Positions 1 through 13,213 of a stretch of 64,000 nucleotides of DNA are shown here, piece by piece. Numbering within the stretch: position 1 is the stretch's first letter; each line of letters begins with the position of its first letter. Position numbers and translations under genes: made by a program. Below the pieces are notes generated by a model, which searched no databases, had not been told where the DNA came from, and saw only the letters and a program-made list of their open reading frames with translations. The DNA is from Guillardia theta CCMP2712 (taxonomy: Eukaryota; Protista; Cryptophyta), in the NCBI RefSeq assembly GCF_000315625.1, contig NW_005434662.1:847615-911614 (forward strand), in the 5' to 3' direction.

Positions 1-778
1 CTGTTGCTCTAGCATTCTCCTCTGCTCTCCGTGTCTCCTCCTTGATAGCTCACTTGATAGCTCAAGGTCCCTCCCCCTCCCTCCCCTTCGCTCCCCCTCC
101 CTCCCCTTCGCTCTTCTTTTTCCCCATCATTTTGGACTCAGCCAAAGACCTCCAGCGATTAAAATGTTGGCGTCAGGGTCTCACAACTTGGGCTATTATT
201 TGAATGACTATATGAATATGTTTCTTCTTTTGAAAATATAGAATTAAATTTTGGCTCTAATCTTGAATTTAGAAAATTTTGTGTAGCACAAGGCACCCGA
301 GCTCGATCCGCTGACTCAGCGCGATGAAGTGATGAGCCAGTTAGGTTGAGGGTAGAGAGAGACAGGAGGGAGGAACAGAAACACACACACACACACACAG
401 GGAGGGAGGGAGGGAGAGACCAGGAGGGAGGGAGAGACCAGGAGGGAGGGAGGGAGGGAGGGAGAGAGAGACCAGGAGGGAGGGAGGTGCTTCATACAAT
501 GGTGTTGGAAGAACAGGGCAGCAAGAAAAGAGTGAAAAGGATGATTTTAAACGAGAAGGAAACGTTGCGAGGAGGTAGCTATCGAGGGAAGCTCTTCTGA
601 TGGAAATCAAATAAATGGCAAGAAGGATGCTACATGATTAGACAAAAGTTGGCTTGTATCAGTCCGTGGTCGTTGTATTAAGATTAGTGATAAAAGCAGG
701 GAACTAGTAAAATGCAGGCTAGAGGAATTGAATGGATGTCAGTTCATCTGAGCTACTTGCAAAGTCTGCAGGAACAAG

Positions 779-1973
779 ATGGAGGACTTCGCTATGCTCG
801 TGCACAAACTAACAGAACCTGCGAAGCAAGGCGATTCAGCGACGGTCCGTGTGCAGGGGGACTGAATGTCAAGCTGACCTGAATATTCAGGTTCGAGAAG
901 TTTTGCGCGATTCAAAGCGATTGCATTTTCTATGGCAACCGACGACGGTACAGCAAGAAGCCATCGACAAGTAAGAAACCAAGCAACATTGCTGGTATCA
1001 TGACTCTTCTTGAAGGTGCATCGACACTTGTCTACCTTCGGGGGGTGGGGAGCAGCATCTCAAGGGCTGGGTTGTCACCTCAGTCAATGAGTGGGGAGGA
1101 GATCAAGAGCGGATATTCCTTCTCACCGACAAGCGATGTTACCGTATAAAGTTTGACTTCGACTCGAAACAAGTAACTGCTTCCAAAGCCATCGAATTGG
1201 TGAGACACGACTACAACTTTCGAGGCCTCTGAGACGGATTTGATGTCAGAGTGAAGTCATACGGGTGGAGTATGGATCCTTCAAAGCAGCAAAAGCGTCC
1301 CTCACGACTTGGGTAACCTATTCGTGTTCCTTCATCCTCACTATATTCTTGTTCCTCCCGACCCTCCCTAATGATATCTGCCCCATGCATTACACTTCCC
1401 TTCCTCTCTTGTAAGACATGTTCAATTGCGATGGACAGGTGTGGAAGAAGGAGATAGAGCAGCAGCAGGTGAGCTGCCTTCTCCTGCTCTTGTCAAGCTC
1501 ACGACCCTCCTTCAGGGATTTCGCATCTTCACGCGAGAGTTGGATGGCAACAAGAGCATCAACGCGATCGCTCGCGAGCAGCTGCCGGCACTGCTGGGCA
1601 CTGAGCCAACGCCACAGGTGGAGATTGTCAGGGATCGTAATCAAGCAGGTTAAGGCTTGAGCAGGAGGAATTCTACCGCGAGTATAGAGCTTTCGGTGCA
1701 GAGGAGGAGCCGTGGAGGGAGGAAGTGTTCGCACAGGTGAGCATGGCTGTCCATTCGCCAAGGTGACTGGCGCACAGGAACTCGCTGCTGCCTTCATGGC
1801 CGCGTCGATTCTCAGCGGGGCAAACTTTGACGTCCGTCCAGCTGAGATGGACAAGGAAGTACCGGGTGGAGTTTTTTCAATGTGATGAGTCTCAGCTCGG
1901 GGGCTGTGCTGATAAGACGTTGGGCAGGTTCTATAACAGTTTGAGTCTTGGCAAATACTCCAAGACAGCTTGA
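779..1973 (+). CDS. Multi-exon hypothetical protein
   Basis: Short open segments joined by ~45-nt GT..AG introns (MEDFAMLVHKL..., ...LQGFRIFTRELDG..., FYNSLSLGKYSKTA*). No domain recognised; the start may lie further upstream. Confidence 0.5.
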
Positions 1974-2191
1974 GGCGTGTGAGAAACCAACGAACTATTG
2001 AAATGATGAAAACGAGCGAGAGGGCAAGCGGGGCGGGTTGTCAGCGATACCTGCGAAACGGGGCCTGAGGACATAAATACCGTGAAATGTTTGTGAATAT
2101 GAGTCAACTTTTGTTCGTTACGAAATATTCTTCTAAGCTTGAAACAATGATGGGAGGCTGAGCCTTCTTGGGCTGATTGTGAACAAACAAG

Positions 2192-4000
2192 TTAATCTAT
2201 CATCGCACCAACACACATTAAACTCACCGTCGCGAAATTTCCTTGATTCTCTGACGTGGAGATGGCAATCGTGGTTGTGTTTCGACAAACGTTTTGAAAC
2301 CAGCCGACACTCTCGGGGTTGTCGTCAACCATCAACGCCAGCTTATTTTCGGCCGAATATTCTCCAAGCACTCGCCCAAGGTATCCTCGTCCTTCTACTG
2401 TCTCGCAGAACAGGATGTGGGTGGAGTTGAGACCAGCATCACAGATTCCTGCTTCCCTCAGGGCCTCCACTACCACGCCCTCGCACTCGTCGTCCTTCCA
2501 AGACCCATGCGGGTACGTCTCGTTCACCACCGTGTGGTTCTCCATGTAGCGGGTCAAGGTGTCATGCCCCGAGTGAGGGAATTGAGTGACAAGAAACAGG
2601 TCGGTAGAAGCAGCGAGATGCATCAGGACGGGTCCCACGCCTTCAATCATCTGCAGGTGGGTCTCGCCTTGAAAGAAAACTTTCTGAATGTCAGATTCTT
2701 TGAAGACCGCATTGTTAGTCACGACCAGCACTCGTCGCCCTTTCAGCTCCTTCAGCTTCCTCGAGTCCATGCTCACTGAGTTCATCATGTCATGTACGTG
2801 CTGCGGTAACCCCTTTTGTGGCGCTGCGGAAGCCGAGTGGGTGCCCTTGCCGGCGAAGCCCAACGAGCGGAAGAGCTGGACAGACAACAACTTGATCATC
2901 GCAAAGATCCAGGAGGAGATGGAAGGGTAAGACCATGGCAAGTACGCCTGCAGATCGCTTGTCTCTTCACCTCCACCGCGCAGGCGCATTGATGAAGGTC
3001 TTTCTGCTGCTCGCGGCCTCACGCCCTGGACTGCTTCTGTGCCAGAACGAGCCTTCGGCTTGTTCTTCTGAGATTTCTTCTCTTCTTCTGCCTTGATAAA
3101 TTCCTTGAGCTGCTCTCGCTCAACCTGTCGAGCGTATCGATTGGTCACACGTCGGATGACAAGGAAAGGGTTGTTGGGATCTTTCTTCTGCTTGGTTAAC
3201 GCCTGCACCTTGGCTTTGTCACGGAGGAATTCGCCCAGCAACTTGATCATTTCATCTTCAGGCTTTCTTTTCTTGGTCTTCTTTGGCTTGCCCCCGGCGT
3301 CCGTCTGGACCGGCTTGAATCGCTCGTTTCCCTTGAAACCCAGCGACTTGCTGCCGTCTGTTATCATGGGCTTGGGGGCGCTTGCCTCGAGAAGCTGCTT
3401 CTTCTCTTCCTCGTACTTCTTGGCTGCAATCAAGTTCAACACATTCACCACAGTCTTGCGGACAATGCGCTCCTTCGCCTTCTCTGCTTGCACGTCCGGA
3501 TAAGCTTCGGAGACATTGCGCATGCGGTTCACTTCCGACCAGAACTTTTTGTGTAAGCGAGAGATGTCACTTCTCTTCTCGGTCGGGGCCTCGAGGTCAC
3601 TACCACGAGTGATAGAGATGAGGCCGGGTATCTTAGCTGACTTCCTTCGTTTGACCTCACCGCTCATAATCAATGCTGCGTCTTTGAGCATCTTATGCAT
3701 GTTACTTGTCCACGAGTCCTCCTCTTCCTCCGGGGCTAGAGAGTTGTTGAGACTCTCCCGAACCTCCTTCGAGAAACGTTCTGTGCCTGATGCATCCGAC
3801 CTATGCAAGGCTTGATTGTCCTTGCCCCTCGATATCCTAGCAGACCCCGAAGACGACAGAGGAGTCGATGATGGCATCTCACAACTCTTAGCGAAGGCCC
3901 TAGAGTCAACAAAGAGGAGGAGCAGCATGAGCAGAGCTCTAGCCCTAGTCGGCATCATCTTCCAGCCCCTTCTCCTTGACTTCATTGCTCTCCTTCCCAT
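2192..4000 (-). CDS. 602-aa single-exon protein: signal peptide, charged region, MRLRGG motif, hydrophobic segment, C-terminal plant-type PEX22-like domain
   Basis: The C-terminal DLFLVTQ..DDECEGVVVEALREAGI..ILFCETVEGR..VDDNPE resembles the plant PEX22 motif order (DLYL..DDESE..VL.ALE.AG..VLFCST..GR..IDTNPE). Hydrophobic N-terminus ALLMLLLLFV. Confidence 0.65.
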   Translation of the reverse strand: MGRRAMKSRRRGWKMMPTRARALLMLLLLFVDSRAFAKSCEMPSSTPLSSSGSARISRGKDNQALHRSDASGTERFSKEVRESLNNSLAPEEEEDSWTSNMHKMLKDAALIMSGEVKRRKSAKIPGLISITRGSDLEAPTEKRSDISRLHKKFWSEVNRMRNVSEAYPDVQAEKAKERIVRKTVVNVLNLIAAKKYEEEKKQLLEASAPKPMITDGSKSLGFKGNERFKPVQTDAGGKPKKTKKRKPEDEMIKLLGEFLRDKAKVQALTKQKKDPNNPFLVIRRVTNRYARQVEREQLKEFIKAEEEKKSQKNKPKARSGTEAVQGVRPRAAERPSSMRLRGGGEETSDLQAYLPWSYPSISSWIFAMIKLLSVQLFRSLGFAGKGTHSASAAPQKGLPQHVHDMMNSVSMDSRKLKELKGRRVLVVTNNAVFKESDIQKVFFQGETHLQMIEGVGPVLMHLAASTDLFLVTQFPHSGHDTLTRYMENHTVVNETYPHGSWKDDECEGVVVEALREAGICDAGLNSTHILFCETVEGRGYLGRVLGEYSAENKLALMVDDNPESVGWFQNVCRNTTTIAISTSENQGNFATVSLMCVGAMID

Positions 4001-4335
4001 CCCATTTCCATCCCCTCACGATCTCTACTACTCACCCCCACCCACCCACACAAGGCAAGTTGAGATATCGTACCCCCTTGTCTCCCATTTTCATCCGTCG
4101 ACATCAGGACCCCTACCTCACACTTTATACCACCACCCCCTCCTTTAGATGCGGCCTCTGCGGCGGCCGAGGTCAATTGGATTACGTATTCTAATTTCAA
4201 TTAGAGCACGTCTGGTCTGCGTAACCACTGTAATCGGCCGTAACGGTTACACAGCGCGGGAGAACGAAAATGAAAGAAAGCGATTCGGATGCACAAGGAC
4301 GATCTCGATGAGGCCATGCTCTCCTTATACTAAGT

Positions 4336-4635
4336 TCCTTCCTCCTATGCCTTCCTCCTATGCCTTCCTCCTATGCCTTCCTCCTATGCCTTCCTCCTAT
4401 GCCTTCCTCCCATGCCTTCCTCCCATGCCTTCCTCCTATGCCTTCCTCCTATGCCTTCCTCCTATGCCTTCCTCCTATGCCTTCCTCCTATGCCTTCCTC
4501 CTATGCCTTCCTCCCATGCCTTCCTCCTATGCCTTCCTCCTATGCCTTCCTCCTATGCCTTCCTCCCATGCCTTCCTCCCATGCCTTCCTCCTATGCCTT
4601 CCTCCTATGCCTTCCTCCTATGCCTTCCTCCTATG
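4336..4635 (+). repeat. 13-bp minisatellite (CCTTCCTCCTATG)n, ~23 copies
   Basis: Directly visible tandem repeat with occasional CCCATG variants. Confidence 0.95.
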
Positions 4636-5060
4636 CTCCGCCCTCTCATGCTCCGCTCTTCTGTGATTCTCCTGTCCATGCTCGTCTCTCCTACGCTTCT
4701 TCCTGTCAAACTCCTTCCTCTATTTGTCTTTCCTTAGGTAACCCTTATTTCAATGCTCTTCCCTCCTTTGCTCATTCCTCTCCCTTATGCTCCGCCTAGC
4801 CATTCCTCACGTAATCCTCCGTCAAGTTTTCTTGTTCCTGTGCATCCCTTCAACCTTCACTGATACTCTCATCATCCTTCTTCCTGTGATCTTTCTTATG
4901 CACTTCATATTGCACGTTGCTATGAAATCTACTCTCCCTGTCTCAAATCCTCTTGTCCTCATGTGCTCTCTTCGTCCTCCTTCTCACCTTCTTGTATCTG
5001 GCTTTCTCACTGCATGAACACGTTACTCTGGGCTTTTCTTCGGTCTTTCTTCCAGCTTCA

Positions 5061-8025
5061 CTCATTGTCGAGGAGCAACACAAGGAGGAGAAGAGGCCTT
5101 TGCTTTTCTCTGATGAATTTTCTTTCGCTGGCTCTCAAATTGACGGTCTGTTGCTGCTTGTAGGACTACATGATCGAATATCTTGAGGACGCTTCCGTCG
5201 ACGTCTCTCCGACCTATCACTGCTTCCACCATTTTGGTTGAGTCCAAATTACGCTCAAGGACGTTTGTGTCCTGCCAGACAGTGCGGTCGAATACCTAGC
5301 AATGTCAGCTAAGAGGAGTCATAGCGAGGTAGAGGAGCTTTCTTCCAAGAGAAGCAAAAAGGGCACGGAAAAAGATCAAAGTGGTCTTGAGATCGCAGCC
5401 TATTCCTTCTGACGCAAGTACAGAGCGACTGTCTCCAACTCCGAGCAATGACAAGTCGAGCAAGAGTGATCTTGGAGATTGCAACGGTGAGATAAGATGA
5501 GTACCCGCAACGAAAACGTGAAATGATAGGCTGCTGTTAGGAACAGACGCCAACCGAGAGCTGCAGCCCATGAGTAGGTGAGTTGCTTCCCTCGTTCACT
5601 GACACGAGCCGTGACAACCTCCACCGTAGAATGCGGGAGGAGCAGGACTTGAATGCCATCGTGTTGAAGTCTCAGAGCATCTTTGCTGACCCGTAAGCTT
5701 CCATCGATTCAAAGGAGGAAGCGACGACCTAACTGTAAATCACAGCATGTTTCGAGAAATGTGGCTGAAACGAGAATTCTGTGACTTGTTCTTTCGTGTC
5801 GAGCCCAACAAGGTGTTGTGCGCTCATCGAGTTGTAAGTTGTGATCGTGACTTTGAGGGTGAGTGAATCTCTGTTGAGGTGCTCGCTGCACATAGCTCGC
5901 ATCTTCAAAGCAGGTTGTACAGGCAAGAAGAGAAAGACAAATCAAGAACCGGCAGCACCACAGCTGTCGGTGGATTTGATGATGATAGCACTTTGGGGCC
6001 AATCATCGAGTTGCAAGACAGCCAGGCATGTAGCAAGGGACTTGTCGGAGAGACGGCTGACTTCAAATCTCTTGTATAGTATGAAGCCGTTCTTGCCCTA
6101 CTCGACTACGTCTATAGCGGTTCTTGTTGCATCGAACGATCAGTCGGACGAGACCTGATGGATCTTGCGTGTCGCTGGGGACTTGACGTGATGCGATTTA
6201 AAGCTTCTGACGCGAATCTGAAGTCTATACAGGGAATACGTCAAGCGTTAGAGACGCAGGGGATGCTTTCTCTCACAGTTACAACCTGTGCAGAGTTCCT
6301 GAAGAAGTAGAGGGTGTGGGATGGTGGAGGGTCTTATGACGGCTTTCCTAAGGTGTTTTTTGGATTATGTAGCTGCTTCCGATGGGGCCGGGGGGATGGA
6401 GCAGCACGGACTGTCAGCTGATGGAGAGGTGAACGAAGACTGGATCGACTCGGTCGATGCTCGTAGGGGAATGGAGTTGGCGCTTGCTCGGTTCGAAGAA
6501 GTTGCCGAGACTCCTCAGTTCCTCGACCTTCCTGAGCCAATTGTTGCTGCTTTGATCGCGAATGATCGATTGGCCGTCACTTCGGAGAAGGTCTAGACCA
6601 TCTGGTCGCCCGAGAGCTTGTGATGAGTGGGCAGGTTGTCCTCAATGTCATCTACGAGTGGATGACAAAGAACGCTGCTGAGTATGGGCCGGAAGTGCTT
6701 GTCAAGGACGGAGGAAAGAAAGTCAGGGGTGAAGATCTGCTCCGACTGGTGCGATGGACCCAGTTACAGGTGATCTTGTGCCTCTCCTTCCTGACCCTCA
6801 GCTGGGTGCTACAGACTGACTTCCTCGCGTCCTTCGGCTACTGGAACAAACCAAGTCATCTGAAGTTCGTGGTCGCGCTTCCTCGTGGGGTGAACTCAAA
6901 CCTGCGACAGGGACTGCCGGCTGATGGAAATGCACGTGTTTGAGGCGATGGCTTACGGGCATCTTCCTCCCGACATGAAGGTGAAGGGAGAGGACTGCGA
7001 GCTAGTCTCATGCGGTCTCACAGAACGTGTTCGAGCCGAGAATTCTCAATCCTCGATCTCTGCGAGCCAGAAAGGTTTGTGATGATTCCCATGTCCTCTG
7101 TCTCAAGCTTCACAGGCGGCTGTCTTGTTTCGTCCGTTGGAGAGGTCGAGGAAATCGCTCATCCTGAAGGCCAGTGGGAGGAAGGTGGCGGTCTCTGCGC
7201 AGAGCAGGACGTCTGAAGTTCGTCATGGCGCAATGGAGAGCGTTGGGATGAACGGAAGTGACGGCATCGATGCTGCTGCTGCTCCGGCTGTCTGCACGGC
7301 TGTCTTTGGACACTCCACGCAGTCAGCCACACACTCCTACGTTCTTGAATGGCATGCGGGCACAGAGTCGTCTGGTGATCTGCTGCTCTTCGCTTTTTGT
7401 CCGCTCACCTGAGGTAGGCGAGGCCGACGGCTACATTGGAGTGATGAACGCAACAACTCTGGAGGAGAACGACAGGTCAGCAGCTCCTCCTCGTCCCCCC
7501 TCCTCATCGTGTCATGTAGCGCTTGCTTCGTGCTCAGACTACGAGGAAAGTTGGGTGAGGGTCAGATCGGTCTGGCACATGTAAGAGGGAGGAAGGAGAC
7601 TGAGGGGAGCAAGTGACCTGCTGCCTGCAGATCTCAGAGTCAGGGACAGATGCGCTCTTATCAGGCTGTAAGATCCAGGCAAGCTCTGCTCTTGGAGTTC
7701 TCCGCTCACCCGTTGGCAGCTCACCGTCAATGTGCTCGAGCGACGACTAGCGCTCTTTCGTGTGGACGAGAGCGGTGAGAGGAGAGGGAGGCAGGAAGGC
7801 CGTGATGGTTTGATCAAGGAAACTGCATATTGCTTCAAAGCAAGGACGCCAACAACGTTGCGGTGCTCCAAAGCTCTTTGACCGCATCAGCTGAGCCTAC
7901 GGCAGGTGCCATGGATTCCTTGCGTGGGCTTGTGCTTTCCGGGCAGCAGGTGCGTGTGAGGTATGAGTTGCTCACCCTTGACGTGCCGCAGCTTCACATG
8001 GACGCACACCGAAGAGCTTCCCTAG
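5061..8025 (+). CDS. BTB/POZ-BACK domain protein, multi-exon, possibly with a C-terminal SPRY-like beta domain
   Basis: Spliced AHRV|VLAAHSSHLQSRLY (BTB) at ~5820-5920. FEEVAETPQFLDLPE..LIANDRLAVTSEK|VVLNVIYEWM (BACK) at ~6490-6665. Predicted stop TAG at 8025; 5' end uncertain. Confidence 0.75.
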
Positions 8026-8027
8026 CG

Positions 8028-8898
8028 TCACTTCTCTCCTCCCACCAGGTCTGCATGGAACCGTCCGACTCGCTTGTAGTTGTCGTTGCCGCTATCTTTC
8101 AGTATCTCTCCCTCCATGAACGCGTTCGGAATTCCCTTCCCTTGCTGTTAGTCTCCCAACACCACCCGCATATGCCTTGCCTTGAGCGTCTCCTCCTCCC
8201 GGGCCGTGACGTCGCCGCGGAAGATGAAGGAGCCCTCGGCAGCTCTCAGCTTCCATCGCGCATTGAACTGGATCAGCCCTCCTTCAAACCTGCTCCTCGT
8301 CAGCTTCTACCCTGCCCCCTCATGCTCACCTGCTTGGTTTCATCCGCCATGGCCCTCGCACCGGCTTGTCAGGTCGGGTGCTCGAGTAGCAGTCGGAGGA
8401 AGTCAAAGTGACCTCTCCTCGGTTCGGCTGGTCGTACTGCCCTGTAAACTCCAAGTTTCCCCGGCATCCTCGTCCTCCCACGTCCTGCTGGAAGCGCCAC
8501 ACGCCCCGCATGGTCTTGAGCGGCATCGCCTGCTCGATCTGCTCCTGTCAGCGAGACCCCCAGCAGCATGCGCGTACCTGCTCCGCGTAGAATTGCGGCT
8601 CTAACGCCAATGCGGCATCGACATGGCTGTAGCAGAGAAGGAGGAGGGAGCAGAACACTGCCTTCCATGCACCCTGGGAGGGCCTGTGGCGACTAGCCTG
8701 GGAATCGAAGGAGGAGGAAGCGCAGGGGGAAGAGCATGAGAAAGGGGAGGAAGCGAAGGAAGCGACGCCTGATCTAGATGTTGAGGTCGATGAGAGGAGA
8801 GAAGGTGGTTGATGCGGAAGAGGAGAAGTCGAGAAGGAGAAGGAGAAGCAGGCGTGCGGTAGCAGCACCAGGAGCGTCACATAGCCCAGGAGGGACAT
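8028..8898 (-). CDS. Hypothetical plastid-targeted protein, possibly thylakoid lumen
   Basis: Signal peptide ending ACFS-F, Ser/Pro-rich transit peptide, then a second hydrophobic stretch ending ALA. Three short introns. Confidence 0.55.
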
Positions 8899-8977
8899 TT
8901 ATAAAAGTCCCTGATTTGAGTTTGATCGGGCGTGGGGACGGGGAAGGGGAGGGGGACGGGAGTGAGTGCGAAACGGA

Positions 8978-10843
8978 ATGCGGGGAGCGGCCGTGATGGT
9001 CATGGTGTTGACAGTCGGCGTGGGATGGGCACTGGAAGAGGGAGGGATGAGAGAGGGAGAGGAGACAAGGAGAGGGGAAGAGGAGGCACGAGGAAATCAA
9101 GGAGGAGTGTCCATGATGTTTCCGGTCTCTTGGATGGTAGGAGGAGGTGGACAGGAGCTGCGAGTGCTGGCGGACAGCGAGCCTCCTCTCTTGTTTGAAG
9201 TTCGCTGTGGGAAGAGGAGGGAAAACTGTTGCTTGGGCCATGACGGAAGACGATGGGAGATCTGGGTTGACGGCGGGCTGGCGGGTCAGGGTCAGGGTCG
9301 TCAGGTATTGGAGGTGAGCGCGGCTGAGGAGAGGCTGACCGCATGCTAGAGGAACAAGCTGAACGTGAGCGTGACGAGCATGGGAAAGCACGCCATCGAG
9401 TGTCTGCTGCTGGAGGAGGAGAAGCTGCTGCACACATCCTCTACTGCTGTCTCCTTCGCCCCTGCAGGAGCCACGCCTCGTCTTGCCCTTCCCTCCGCCT
9501 TGGGCGACTTGCTCAGGTGGGGATCGGAAGACTTGTGGGCGGAGGAGGAGGCGCTGGAGAGGGTCCGAGCTCAATTCTTCGCCCTGTGGGACGCAGCATC
9601 ACGTGAAGTCTGTCCGGATGTTGCCAACCGAAGCACATGCAGGGAGCATTCATGCTCGGGGCACGGGAGGTGTAGCGATGCTGGTGTCTGTCTCTGTGTT
9701 GGGGATTGGTTTGGAGATATTTGCGACCATCATCCCTTCCTCAACAGCTCCTACCTCCCCCGCGAGCTTCACCTCTCCTCCCCTTCCACTTGTCCCGCCG
9801 TCGTCAAGTGGAGCATCGGGAGCTCCGGGCTAGTCGAACTTCTCGACCAGCTGCAGGCAAGACGGTGTGAGGAGAAGCATCCGCTCCTCCTCGACACTCT
9901 CGGCCTGGCTCTTGGCGGCCAGATCAACTTGGCGTCACTTGCCCTCGCGCACGCGCTCAATCAGAATCGCTCTTTCTTGTTGCACGGGAGGTGGCGATAT
10001 GGCAGCCATGCCGGCTGCCTGCGACAGGGGAGAGCATGCTACTTTCAAGCGAAGCTTGCATGCGAGGAGGAGAGGCTGCGGAGCAACGGAGTTCGCGTGT
10101 GGCCCTTCAAGGATGGAGGAGCGGTGCTTGAGCACTTCAACACACGTGAAGTGAGGGGGGGGGTGGTGGCGGCGGGGAGGTTGAGGGTGCAGGGACTCTT
10201 CTGGTGGACGAGCCACCTCCTCGCCTACGTCACGAGACCTTCGAGCGACCTGGAGGCGAAACTGCGAGCACTGAGACTTCAGCTCAACTTCGCTCCTCCT
10301 CTCATGGGTCTTCACGTTCGCCATGGCGACGCCTGCGTGCACGCTGCGCAGTCGAACACGCGGCCGCTCTGCCGCCCTCTTGCTGACTACATCCCAGCAG
10401 TACTGAAGCTCCGTCGCACGTATGGTCTGGAGGCAGTGTTTCTATCCACGGACGACGAGGAGGTGGTGGAGGACGCGACTAGGTGGTTGGGGCGTCACGG
10501 CATGCGGGTGTTGCACCAGCCCCTTGACCGCAGCGTCTTCGAATCCTCGTGGTTTATCGAGCACCGGATGGAGGCAGGTGCTCTCGACGCAGGCGTCATC
10601 ACAGACAGCATGCTTCTCGACCTTCTCCTCCTCCGCGAGTGCGATGCCTTCGTGGGGACCCTCTCCTCGCAAATGTCTCGGCTCGCGCTCTCCCTCATGG
10701 CCCATCGCATCGGTGTCATCCCTCCCTTCGTTTCGGTCGAGGACATGCCATGGGGCTGCTGCTCGTGGGCTGGCGAGAGCCTCGAGCAGAAGGACGGCGA
10801 GGCAATGAGACGAGTGAGTTTCGGGTACAAGGAGCAACTGTAA
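8978..10843 (+). CDS. GT23 alpha-1,6-fucosyltransferase-like protein with EGF-like domain
   Basis: Motifs GLHVRHGD, VFLSTDD and DLLLLRECDAFVGTLSSQMSRLA; EGF-like CSGHGRC..C.C..DWFGDIC; N-terminal signal peptide. Confidence 0.85.
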
Positions 10844-10856
10844 TCTCACGACGACC

Positions 10857-12239
10857 TCAAGCTGCCGAGGCCTTGAAGGTGGGGGCGATCTTGTCAAACA
10901 TGGCGTCTGCTTCTGCTCGTCGCTTGAGGAGCGCACATCCAGGAGCAGCCTTGGAGAGCGTGTTGATATACCTTGAGACGACCTCCGGGGCCTTGCGAGT
11001 ATGCTGGGAGCACACGACGAGGTTCTGAGGGAAGGGAAGAAAACGACGAGAGAGATCAATCGTCAGAGATGGGAGGAAGGACGTGAGCGAGACCTGAAGC
11101 GTTTGCACGTCGGTGGCACTCTTGGAGAGAGCCTTAAGGAGGTATTTATCCGCGTCCTCAAACTTGCCCAGATGCATCTGAGTGACGGCCATGCCGTTGA
11201 GGAGCAGAGGAGTCTCGTTGTACTTGTCGGCAAGCTCCTGTAGGAGGAGGATGAGGGGAAGAAAGAAACCTAGATCTCCTGCTGCTGACTCGCCTGAAAG
11301 ATGTAGAAAGCCTCTTGTACCTTCTCTCCTCCAAGCGCAGTGTAAACCCATGCCTGTTTCCCTCACCGTCAAGGAGCGACACTAGAAGGGTTTTCTGGCG
11401 TGATCACCGTTGTGAGCTGAGTCAGAGTCGCGTCGTCCTCCATGCGCGACATGAGACTGTCACATGTGAGAAGAGAGCGACCGCAGCCTCATGTACCTGA
11501 GCGACTTCTCTGCGATATCCACACGAGACATGCGCAGGTACACCTGCCCATGCAGAATGAAATTACATGGATGTTAAGCAGTGCGCGATAAGGGTTGGTC
11601 TCACTTGAACTTGCATCGAGACAATCTCAAGCGTGGTTGCCGAGTGCAAGACCTGCATCATCATTGATTTCCCTTCCGGCAAGGAAAGCAAGGCACCTTG
11701 GCTGCTTGTTCCAGCTCCCCAAGATCGAGGTATATTATGCCAGCAACCAACTGAGGGGAGCGAGGGAGGACGATGCCGTCACTCGGTCACTGCTGCAGTG
11801 GTTTCAAGTATCGTTACCTGAAGTGTCGGGTTGTTGAGAGTCTGCGAGTCCGACAGCCACTCCAGCAGAGTCATCAGCACGATGTCCTTCGCGTCCTGAA
11901 GTCACGAGCCTTCAGCGCATGGCCCTCGCAGTCGTGTGCTCACACCGGCTTCGAGAGGTACGTCGACAACAGCTTCACTGCTTGCAGAGCTGTAGGAGCA
12001 TCGTCCCCGATTTCCGACTCAACAACCTCATGCTGACCCAACGCGATGTATGACCTGTAAACCTGAAGATCCGCGTCAGCAGCTGCATCGTCCGAAGCCG
12101 GTCTACTCACGATGATATCTCTTTCTCGCTCATCAGCTGGCGAAGAAAGAACAAGATCGGGTGATTGAGCTTCGTTGATCGCGCCTTGATAATTTCCGAG
12201 GTAAAACTCGTTTTTGATGGAGAAAAGGTCGTCAGACAT
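10857..12239 (-). CDS. COPE: Coatomer subunit epsilon, multi-exon
   Basis: N-terminus MSDDLFSIKNEFYLGNYQGAINE, YRSYIALGQ, and TPR-like TPLLLNGMAVTQMHLGKFEDA. Confidence 0.92.
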
Positions 12240-12934
12240 CTGCTTGCAAGTTCGGGCAACCGTCAGCCATCGATTTTAGCAAGCTTCTTCAATAATCATC
12301 CTTTTTCTCGACTTTGTGTCACTCTTCTGCTTCCTTCCTCCATCTATAGCTTATCAGGAGAAGAAGACCGACGTTCTATTGCTTATTCCTCTTACCCAAC
12401 TCCTATCTCCTCTCTACTATCCCTACCGGTCGCCACTCTACTCTCGCTCCTATCCCGCTCCCCTCTTCACCTCCCCTCCCCTCCCCTCCTTATCTGTCTC
12501 ACTCTCTCCCCTCGTTCCTGGCTCCTCTCTCTCTCTCCTCCTTCGCATCTCCTGCCTCCCTCTCCTCCCTTCCCCTCCTCTGCTCCCTCGCGCTAGCTCG
12601 AGCCAGCTCATGAGCTGGCTGAACCGCGAATGCAATGAGCGGGGATGAGGGCTCTAGTTGTTTAGAATACCCCGCCTGAGGCGGACTCATCCGACACGCA
12701 AGAATCTCAGTGACTACTAGGCTATGCGGCAACGAAGGAAGGCACGGGCAGTAATGAAACGTTTCAAGTGAAGTTCACTGATTCACTTCCCTCTCTGGGT
12801 TATTAGAGCTCAATTGAAGTTACACACAAATTTGGTCGCCAGGAAGTTCAGACCTGATGGAAAACCACCCAGTCACTCAAAGCAAAACACTGATCTTGAC
12901 TGCATTCAAAAGAACAGAGCAATCCTCAGAAATC

Positions 12935-13213
12935 TCATGTAGAACGCGCAGCAACAGAAGCATTTGCTCCTCTATGGTCAAGAAATATATGTTTCATCAT
13001 CGGATTTCTCGGTTCAGAGACAAGGACAACAAGCACTGAGACCAAGAGAAGACGTGCATACCTCTCAGCCATCAACCAAGCTTGTCTGACCTTCCATGCC
13101 TTATCGTAGGTCTCGTTCTCTCTCGGGTCTCGTGAGTCTCGGGTTCCTTTGGCCAATGCAAGTGCATATGTCTTGAGAACAGCATTATCTACATATGAAT
13201 AATCGGCCATCAT
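12935..13213 (-). CDS. Small hypothetical protein, probably spliced
   Basis: ATG-started ORF with protein-like composition; no domain recognised. Confidence 0.3.
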   Translation of the reverse strand: MMADYSYVDNAVLKTYALALAKGTRDSRDPRENETYDKAWKVRQAWLMAERYARLLLVSVLVVLVSEPRNPMMKHIFLDHRGANASVAARST

